DNA of 64,000 nucleotides, taken from positions 35,340,001 through 35,404,000 of the forward strand of contig NC_043003.1 of NCBI RefSeq assembly GCF_006345805.1, in the 5' to 3' direction. A program made the position numbers and the translations under genes. The notes under the pieces were generated by a model. It saw only the letters and a program-made list of their open reading frames with translations, had not been told where the DNA came from and made no database searches. Within the stretch, counting starts at the first letter, position 1. Each line of letters begins with the position of its first letter. Of the stretch, positions 26,482 to 36,571 are shown one piece after another. Source of the stretch: Octopus sinensis (Eukaryota).

Positions 26482-26520
26482 AAGAAATTTGAAAAGCTAA
26501 ACGCGAAACCGGTCTTTCTT
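26482..26520 (+). ncRNA. Minimal type I hammerhead-like ribozyme motif (variant core)
   Basis: AAGAAA-U-UUGAAAA-GC(UAAAC)GC-GAA-ACCGGU-C-UUUCUU: 6-bp stem I, 2-bp stem II, palindromic stem III; predicted cleavage after 26514. Confidence 0.6.
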
Positions 26521-26957
26521 CTAAATTATGTCATTAAAGAGGCAAAAAAAATTTTTTTAATATTCTTAAAAAATTTTTTTAATATTCTTCAGACATATTG
26601 ACGCAAATATATATTTTTTAACATTTAAGCCTTCTGTAGTTTTTTCACTTTTTACTATTTTCTATATATATATATATATATACAAAGTGAAAGTATTAAT
26701 AGTCACTATTAAAACTGAAATGATCTCACATTACAATAGAGGTGTTATACTGAAATAGTGTAAGAGATAAGAGATTGCTCCGGGATCGCATTAGGCAAGA
26801 AGTTGAAAAGTGTTTTTGGCCCATAACACTGCATGGATCCAAAGTAAGGCATGTATAAAATTTGAAATGAAATCGGTCGGGTAGTTCTCGAGTTTTAGTG
26901 ATACACGCCTACATCTACAAACACACACACACGCATACACATACATTCTCAGTTTTT

Positions 26958-26999
<42 letters not shown>

Positions 27000-29466
27000 T
27001 GAGTTCAAAATCATGATACGTTGTACCTTTGAGACAGGCACTTCATTTTACTTTGCTCTGGTTTACTAGCCTAATATGTGTATCAAATGGCTGCGGCTGT
27101 GGCACACTCCCTCTTCCAGTTTTTCCATTCTAGATGTGCCGCAGAGTTAAAGGATGCCTCTGTCAGCTTGAGATTACAGAGGTGCCAAAAACAATTAGTA
27201 AAAGCATTGTACATATTCCAAACGCTTAGAAGTTCGTGGGTGACGCCTACCTTCCGGAATGTTGTTCACAAAGATGATGACAAACTTTAAATAATAACGA
27301 GGCGTTGATTATATTTAGTTACGTCAGCTATCCGAATTATTACTATTACAATGATTAGTATTATGAAGATAAAGTTAATGATTATGATTTTGTGTGGATG
27401 ATAATGTACGTTACAGCTGCAAATATAACTGATCATGATATTGATAATGATAATGTTAATGATGACGATGTCAGAGATGATGATGAAGGTGACAATAACA
27501 ACGATATTTGTGACGGTGGCAATATTTGTGGCGGTAGAGTTTTGTGTTGGTAGTAGTGTTGAGGAAATGGTTAAGGCCTAACTACAATACTCATTTTGCT
27601 GAGCATGGCATTGCTAACGATGGCAACACCACTTCAAAGTTATAGTTTTACCACCCGTAGTACAATGTGTTTAAATCTGGCATAGTTCCGGCCAGAAAAG
27701 TGTGCTAAAGAGGAGGACAAAATTCCCATGAAAGCAATAACTCGAACATTTAATTAGAAATATTTCAATTTTGGTGTATTGAAATAAATGTTTGCCTCGG
27801 GGCGTAAAGAACATGGGTGTAAATCATGCAACTATTGGAATCTATTCAAGCAGTATACAGTTACAGTGACTGCAGAATAGCTGCATAACACGAAGCTGAA
27901 CTACACGACTGCAAAATAACTGCGTAATAAAACACGGAATTATACTGATATTCTGCTACACAAAAGGAGCTTGCATTAGTTTCACAAACAATGAAATTAA
28001 GTAGTCATAGCAGTAATTAACGTAACACCTGAGAAGAATAACTGTGATATGGTGTGAGAAAAGGCTAGCACTCACACAGATTTCCGCTATTTCTATAGAC
28101 TAATTTGCACCTTACAAGGCTTATGATGACCCGAGACTAAGCTAAAATATCCTGGGTTTCATGACTGGTACATTTACTACAATATCATAAACAATATTTC
28201 ACAAAACGATATACGTCACTAACAACACTACACAACACTATTTATATACCAAAATACACTACATTACAAATACAACACCACTCGTATATTTTACTATATA
28301 GCAATGAACTAAATAACAAATTATAATGCACTATATACATGACACTAAGCTCTACCACACAGACGTTTACACCGTATGACAAGACACATACCACAGTGTG
28401 TTACACAACACTACAATCACATATGAGATTATATGCATGCTCCCACAAATTGCTGGTTGAAATTCAGAATACTCTAGCATATTTCTGCTTTTCAGCGTTT
28501 AGATTGTATTTACAAAGTGTATATTATTCGTAATTGTCTTTTCGCTCTGAAAATTATAGCCTTTCGTGTGTACCACTTCAATGTTTACTGACATAAACAA
28601 GTACTCCAATAATTATTTATTCAAAACTAAATTCATAACCAAGGTAGGGAACATGAATATTTCGATGCAGTTGTCATTAAATAATGTTTTTTTCAGTGAT
28701 ATTGAAAGTAATAGGCACGTCTGTAAAGCTAAATTCAGTAACTGTTTTTACCGTCTTTTTTTTTTATAAGCTGCCATATTAAAGTTTTATGTTGGTGAAT
28801 TTAGAAGAATGTTAGAGGAAATATCCCACAAAATATTCTTGAGTTGATATATTTCCAGACTAGTCCTACGATAGTCATATTCTGTATAGTTTGAAAATCA
28901 TTATACTGCATTAGAATGAAGTAATTATTTATATGGGCAGCTATAGGCTTCTTGAAACATTTTCCAAAAAATATAACATTCAAAGTTCCGTTGAAGTGCC
29001 TTATTGTGTCTTTTATGCAACAGATAGATTGTTACTATCTCAAGCTATTCAATTAATAACGGCATAACCTTCAAATATATCAGAAAGTCAGGACAAGCTA
29101 CCTGGTTTGCACACATTAGTGTCAAACATAAATTATGTCAAAATATATTCAATAAATCCTATTCTGTATGCAGATTGTATTTTATCTAGATATTTATTAT
29201 CACATGTTACTCCAGCAATTCTGGAAATTACGTGGATCACCACTAAGGAGTGACTACTTCTTGTTTAGTTCATTCCTGATATGAAAGATCTTTTTCTCTT
29301 CTTTCTGTTTAACACTTGGAATTAGATTTGTTTTTGCTTCAGATGTTTATCAAATATTGTATAAATGATATGATACGGTATTCAATGGCAGTCTGGTTTC
29401 ATATTTATCTTCTGTGCCACTTCCATAATTTTTTCTAAGAAGGATCCTTACCACTATCGTTATATG

Positions 29467-29660
29467 AAGGGAAACTTCTAGTCTATTTAAAAATATTGCA
29501 GGCTGACTATCAGTGGAGTGAAATTATTCCAGATGAGACAAATGATTGTCCTGGAAATTGGAAAAAAATATGAACTTTGGAATGCTGTCTTGACATACCA
29601 GGAGACTTATATTGCGATATATTTGCAGGCATATTATAAGGCATGTATAATTAATGTACG

Positions 29661-29717
<57 letters not shown>

Positions 29718-29945
29718 TTACACACACATATATATATATACACGGAGATGTACATCTGTGATCGGGTACGTGTTTGAGGGTATTTGTACCTCCTTACGCG
29801 TGTAAGGCGAATATGTGCCTAAAGTTAGACATATCAGCGGTCTCCCCTCTCGATTTCTCTTTCCCTCACTCTCCTCATTTCTCTCCATAATATATATATA
29901 TAGATATGCATCTATATACGTATGTGTGCATATATATATATATAT

Positions 29946-29993
<48 letters not shown>

Positions 29994-30062
29994 ATAATAT
30001 ATATATAATATATCAGTATATATACATATATATGTATATATGTATATATGGATATATATATA

Positions 30063-30117
<55 letters not shown>

Positions 30118-30130
30118 CCATATATAATAT

Positions 30131-30186
<56 letters not shown>

Positions 30187-30411
30187 ATATATATATATAT
30201 GCACACATACGTATATAGATGCATATCTATATATATATATTATGGAGAGAAATGAGGAGAGTGAGGGAAAGAGAAATCGAGAGGGGAGACCGCTGATATG
30301 TCTAACTTTAGGCACATATTCGCCTACACGCGTAAGGAGGTACAAATACCCTCAAACACGTACCCGATCACAGATGTACATCTCCGTGTATATATATATA
30401 TGTGTGTGTAA

Positions 30412-30454
<43 letters not shown>

Positions 30455-30648
30455 CGTACATTAATTATACATGCCTTATAATATGCCTGCAAATATATCG
30501 CAATATAAGTCTCCTGGTATGTCAAGACAGCATTCCAAAGTTCATATTTTTTTCCAATTTCCAGGACAATCATTTGTCTCATCTGGAATAATTTCACTCC
30601 ACTGATAGTCAGCCTGCAATATTTTTAAATAGACTAGAAGTTGCCCTT
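29467..30648. repeat. ~1.18-kb spacerless palindrome centred on (TA)n at ~30084
   Basis: aagggaaacttctagtctattt (29467) pairs with aaatagactagaagttgccctt (30648). ORFs 29518(+) and 30597(-) start identically. Differences: 1 substitution, a 1-nt indel, CA-run length and a ~45-nt indel in the TA field. Confidence 0.95.
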
Positions 30649-30654
30649 GTAAAT

Positions 30655-30806
30655 TATGTAAATTATATTTTTGTATGTATTACATATTTTCGATGTATAT
30701 ATGAGAGTATATGCGCGCATATATGCATTTAGGCATAAAATTATTCTAAAAAATATTCTGAAAAGTTTTCATCAATCTAGCCCATCTCTCTTTTCTCCCT
30801 TCTCAG

Positions 30807-30843
<37 letters not shown>

Positions 30844-30895
30844 TTTATGTTTTTCACTGTTTGATTTGCCTAATGGTGGTTTTATCTCTAATTTA

Positions 30896-30926
<31 letters not shown>

Positions 30927-31080
30927 TGCTGAGAAGGGAGAAAAGAGAGATGGGCTAGATTGATGAAAACTTTTCAGAATATTTTTTAGAATAATTTTAT
31001 GCCTAAATGCATATATGCGCGCATATACTCTCATATATACATCGAAAATATGTAATACATACAAAAATATAATTTACATA
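30655..31080. repeat. Inverted repeat with identical 156-bp arms (30655-30810 / 30925-31080) around (TA)n-58 bp-(TA)n
   Basis: Read directly; no mismatch found between the arms. Confidence 0.95.
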
Positions 31081-31142
31081 CATACCTACATACACACATG
31101 CATACATAAACTTAAATATATGTACGTATTTGCACATATGTG

Positions 31143-31176
<34 letters not shown>

Positions 31177-32129
31177 AGTACTATTTCTATTCAATTCTCG
31201 TATTTTTGTACATCTTTCCTTGAATGTACAATTGTGAGATTTGCACGGAGAATAGCACGAACAAAAAAAAAGCGAAAACTTCATAAGAGAATAAAAAGAA
31301 AGTAAATCTGTAGACTTTAGAAGCAGATGCTTTCCTTGGATACTCACATACTACACATTCACGCACGCATGCATACTAATATGAATACCCCGATACATTA
31401 GATGACTGGCGGCCACACGCACACAGACAAATACACACACACACACACACGCACACACACATTGAAACACGCACTTTTATGCATGCGTTTACTTCTTAAG
31501 TATAGCTCGCCAGAACTTGATGGCGAATCGAACGGCATTGGAAGGCAAGCAGCCAAATCTGTGGCAGTGGTATGGGATAGACGGAAGCTAGATGGCAGAT
31601 CTTTACCACAGAAAGTGAGCTGCGTGCTTTATCTTCGATGTCTGATGTCCATTTGCCATAGTCACTAAGCATCGTCCGGTTTTTCCCGTATGTCAACTGG
31701 ACGTTATATCGGACATTAACTCTCTCACTCACCGATTTAGACATCTCGGTTTAATCGCCCATTCGTCGTCTGTTTGCCTACTTTAATTATGGTTGTTTGT
31801 CTTTCTGACTAATCTTATCTGGCTTGTTTTGTTGTTTTGTTTTCTTTATTTTAAGTATGAATGTGTGTACGTGTATATGTAGATGAACCTTTGTTTGTGT
31901 GTGTTAATATCAATAGAAGTGTATTTATGTACGCTTCTGAACATCCACGAGCGTGCTTAGTTTCTTTGTCCGTGACTGATAAAATTAATGTACGAGCCTA
32001 AACGTTTGTATATGAATATGCGCATGCGTATATGTATATGAGAGTGGATGTGAGCGTCTTCGCGTGTGTATATGCACATATTTAGGCATATATATATATA
32101 TATATATACATATATGTATATATATATAT

Positions 32130-33394
32130 AAGTAAGACGAGGGATATAATAACCAGGTAGATGCAGAATGTCTCTGAGTAAAAAGCCAAGGCCTGTTCCT
32201 TCTGATAGTGCATTATGTAATACTCACACACACGCTCACATGTATTTATCTAAGTGCGTGTACATATGTGTTTATCAAGTGAGCTTGTTTTGTATTAGTG
32301 TTCATATTACTGAAGATATATATGCCTGAGTAAGTTTGTGGAGAATAATGTAGAAATGTATAAAATAAGAATTAAGATTCAGATAAAAGTGAATCCTAAT
32401 TTCGTTTCTCTACTGAAAGCAATAACGGTTACGCCCACAACTTATAAACTCTTAAATTAAGTTTGCACATCCTCCTTCAGTACTAAACAATTTCGAATAT
32501 ATTCGTGGGGCACCATCATTTACAGAATTCTACCCTTAGTTATATTGACAGGATAGTTAATGAGTCATCATTACAAACATACGTTATGTATATTAACTGA
32601 TATTAAAATAGAGATCTTGAGAATAGTGTGTTTTTCAAAGATGAAAAGCCATACAGATATGAATCATTGTTGATGACACATATGCTGTAACAGTTCCTGA
32701 GACATAACTAAGCCAAAAGTTCATGAGGCATAGCCATTGCCAAAAGCACTTATCTACATATGTTGTGTTAGTACAACTTACTATTGTAAGGAACCAATAA
32801 AACTGGTTAATAATTTTGTAATTCCCTTTTCCTACATGTAAAATAAGCAATTCAAAATGATATCAGATAGACAAGTCGATAGTGCCCCGAGAAACCAATC
32901 AAGAGATTGGTGGCCCAAATCTGCCACTGGTACATTTTGTTCGTAGTAAATTAAACCCTCATATAACATAATTAGTATAGCTGAAAATAGAAGTTGTAGT
33001 TTGGAACATTTTTCTACCAAAGACAATTGCCTTACTATAAAATTGCTTAGTACTTACTAATGTGTAGTATTGCATGTACACGCACGACTTCTGGACGAAT
33101 AACTTCAATCGGACTCTTCTGAAAATACATTACATAAATAACGAGTTACCGTCATTTCTCATCCAGCATATTTATTAGCATGCCACTTCTAGACCAGCAG
33201 GAATGAGTCGAAAACTTTTTAGTGTATTTTTCCAATCCATCCTGAGATAAGGGGCGTCTGCAGGTAATCAAGCACGCCCCATGAATAGATTAAGCGACAG
33301 AAAGTACTTAAGAGAAAACTAATTTTGTTAGGTATGAAGTATGATGTTCGATTATTAATAAGTACGTTATGAAAGCGTCGAGTACTGAACTGCG

Positions 33395-33429
<35 letters not shown>

Positions 33430-34695
33430 TAAGACGAGGGATATAATAACCAGGTAGATGCAGAATGTCTCTGAGTAAAAAGCCAAGGCCTGTTCCTTCT
33501 GATAGTGCATTATGTAATACTCACACACACGCTCACATGTATTTATCTAAGTGCGTGTACATATGTGTTTATCAAGTGAGCTTGTTTTGTATTAGTGTTC
33601 ATATTACTGAAGATATATATGCCTGAGTAAGTTTGTGGAGAATAATGTAGAAATGTATAAAATAAGAATTAAGATTCAGATAAAAGTGAATCCTAATTTC
33701 GTTTCTCTACTGAAAGCAATAACGGTTACGCCCACAACTTATAAACTCTTAAATTAAGTTTGCACATCCTCCTTCAGTACTAAACAATTTCGAATATATT
33801 CGTGGGGCACCATCATTTACAGAATTCTACCCTTAGTTATATTGACAGGATAGTTAATGAGTCATCATTACAAACATACGTTATGTATATTAACTGATAT
33901 TAAAATAGAGATCTTGAGAATAGTGTGTTTTTCAAAGATGAAAAGCCATACAGATATGAATCATTGTTGATGACACATATGCTGTAACAGTTCCTGAGAC
34001 ATAACTATAGCCAAAAGTTCATGAGGCATAGCCATTGCCAAAAGCACTTATCTACATATGTTGTGTTAGTACAACTTACTATTGTAAGGAACCAATAAAA
34101 CTGGTTAATAATTTTGTAATTCCCTTTTCCTACATGTAAAATAAGCAATTCAAAATGATATCAGATAGACAAGTCGATAGTGCCCCGAGAAACCAATCAA
34201 GAGATTGGTGGCCCAATCTGCCACTGGTACATTTTGTTCGTAGTAAATTAAACCCTCATATAACATAATTAGTATAGCTGAAAATAGAAGTTGTAGTTTG
34301 GAACATTTTGCTACCAAAGACAATTGCCTTACTATAAAATTGCTTAGTACTTACTAATGTGTAGTATTGCATGTACACGCACGACTTCTGGACGAATAAC
34401 TTCAATCGGACTCTTCTGAAAATACATTACATAAATAACGAGTTACCGTCATTTCTCATCCAGCATATTTATTAGCATGCCACTTCTAGACCAGCAGGAA
34501 TGAGTCGAAAACTTTTTAGTGTATTTTTCCAATCCATCCTGAGATAAGGGGCGTCTGCAGGTAATCAAGCACGCCCCATGAATAGATTAAGCGACAGAAA
34601 GTACTTAAGAGAAAACTAATTTTGTTAGGTATGAAGTATGATGTTCGATTATTAATAAGTACGTTATGAAAGCGTCGAGTACTGAACTGCGTAAT
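32130..34695. repeat. Tandem duplication, period 1297 bp (32130-33398 / 33427-34695), each copy flanked by (TA)n
   Basis: agtaagacgaggg at 32131 and 33428; tgcgtaat at 33391 and 34688. I saw only 2 single-base indels and 1 substitution. Confidence 0.95.
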
Positions 34696-34783
34696 ATATA
34701 TATATATATATACACACGTACATACATACATACATACATGTGTGTTTGTGTGCGTGTACACGCGCATGCGTGTCTGTGCGTGC

Positions 34784-34828
<45 letters not shown>

Positions 34829-35202
34829 TGTGTGTGTGTGTGTGCGTATTTGTGCGTATATGGACTCTCAGCTGGTTTCTCGGGGCACTATCCAATTCTC
34901 TATCCCATCTCTTTTGAATTACTCATTACATATATACTTAGAAAAAGTAAATTTGAAATTATTAGCTAGTTTTATTGGTTGCTTACAATGTTAACTCGTA
35001 CGAACACAAGTTGTGCAAATTTGCAGATTAATGCTTTTGGCAATGACTACACCCCAGAAAAAATTGCAACGAACGAATCATCGACACTGCAAAAGGCTAA
35101 AAAATATACATTCATACATACACACATACGCACATACATACATACACCTTCGAATCCCGTATGGTATCACTCAGGCAGCGCCTGCTAAACAACAGCAGCA
35201 AA

Positions 35203-35390
35203 GTGGAGGCGCAATGGCCTAGTGGTCAGGGCAGCGGACTCGCGGTCGTAAGAACGCGGTTTCGATCCCCAGCCCGGGCATTGTGAGTGTTTACTGAGCA
35301 AAAACACCTAAGCCCCATGAGGCTCCGGCGGAGGGGGGGGTGAACCCCCTGTACTCTTTCACCACAACTTTCTCTCACTCTTTCTCCCTA
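35203..35390 (+). mobile_element. SINE family C head and core, lacking its normal 3' tail
   Basis: gtggaggcgcaatggcctagtggtcagggcagcggactcgcggtcg; A and B boxes; homology to the 19148 copy stops at ~35390. Confidence 0.85.
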
Positions 35391-35839
35391 CTTCTGCCAC
35401 AAAGCAGAGGAACCATGGTGTAACCCACTATGGTGTGGCAAACTTTCAGACCCTAGTCTAGATTGTGAATCCTCTGTACCCCAAGATGGTTCGGCTGTCG
35501 ACCCGTTAAAAGCCACCGTTTACGGAATGAGAATAACAATGTTGCTTTCGCGCCCGTTCAACCGCCAGTCCCTTGCATGTAGTGGGTGGATCTTCAAGTT
35601 GCCACACGCATTCTTAGTAGCTTAGAGGAGGCTCGAATTAGAGATTATTCTTTGTGACTAATGGCGTGAGTCTTGACTGGAAGAAGAAGAAGAAGACAGC
35701 AGCAAAAATAAATATATAATTGCAGTGCTGAAAAGTGAAGTGAGCAACATTGTACGAGATGGTAGTGAGCTCCTGAAGAAGCACTCTCTTCCTGATGATC
35801 TCCTTTACAGCCGCGAAACGGCTGGGGTCTCTTACCTCA

Positions 35840-36571
35840 GAGAAGACCTGGATGGAAAACACTCAGTATACAAAAGAAAGAGACTATGCATAGGTATGCT
35901 ACCCGGAAGCTTGAAGATGACAATAGAATCGACACGAAGCGCAGCCTCTCTTGGACATAAGACCAACCGCATGTGTAGGAGGCCATGTCATGTCTCTGTG
36001 GAAGACATCACGCATGTGATTAGCGGCTGTTCTAAAAAATGTCGATAGAGTACTACCTCCCTATGCGGCATGATGTTGTTGCTAAAACAATTTACACTGA
36101 CATCCGCAAAAAGACTGTCCGGAAATATACTCAGTAAATCTCACTCTTATGGAATACATTCATAAACGCCAACTCAAGGAATACTGGTGGAATATTCCTA
36201 TCAAAACCTCTGTCAAATGTAACCATAACAGACCGGATATTGCTGTTTGGGACAGAGGGGCAAAGGTCTGTTTCATCATAGTGGTCAGCTGCCCTGCAGA
36301 TATAAATATCTCTTTGAAAATCAAAGAACAAGAGGATATCTGTAGACAACTGATTCGAAACTTCCAGCTTCTATATACAGACTATGAATTCATATTCATA
36401 CCAATAATAATTAGAGCACTAGGTTTTGTTAGTAAATGCTTAAAGAAGATTCTGGATAAACTGGGATTTTCAGAGAGAGAAATCGACCGACTAATTCGTA
36501 CTTTACAAGTGCAATCTGGACGTAGTGGAACAGTAAATATATGCAAGACTTTTCTCAAATTCCAAATGTGA
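35840..36571 (+). mobile_element. 3' part of a non-LTR retrotransposon with restriction-like endonuclease (R4/NeSL-type), frameshifted
   Basis: Zinc knuckle CHVSVEDITHVISGC, then YYLPMRHDVVAKTIY, then RPDIAVWD...CFIIVVSCP.D.N (PD-(D/E)xK-type), IPIIIRALG and terminal KTFLKF. Confidence 0.8.

Larger units (their letters stand above)
25896..26669 (+). mobile_element. 5'-truncated Penelope-like element with inverted pseudo-LTRs (arms 25896-26204 and 26361-26669, ~96% identical)
   Basis: The ~305-bp inverted repeat is read directly; the spacer encodes a GIY-YIG-like C-terminus; each arm carries a minimal hammerhead-like motif; the right arm ends in (TA)n. Confidence 0.75.
25706..26999 (-). mobile_element. 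Non-autonomous Helitron (1294 bp including nested insert)
   Basis: Minus strand starts A|TCTATATA...AAAACTGAGAATGTATGTG at 26999 and ends CTAG|T at 25706, with a 16-nt GC hairpin (25717-25732) 7 nt from CTAG. AT target and no TSD, which are standard Helitron termini. Confidence 0.75.

Noticed and set aside
31500-31615. Possible exon (ttaAG...AAA|gtgagc) reading YSSPELDGESNGIGRQAAKSVAVVWDRRKLDGRSLPQK
   Set aside because: Plausible splice signals, but an unrecognised peptide with no partner exons; cannot be supported from sequence alone.
35792-35826. CTGATGA...GAAAC in the LINE-linked segment
   Set aside because: The GAAA sits in the loop of its own hairpin (cagccg/cggctg); the geometry is incompatible with a hammerhead.
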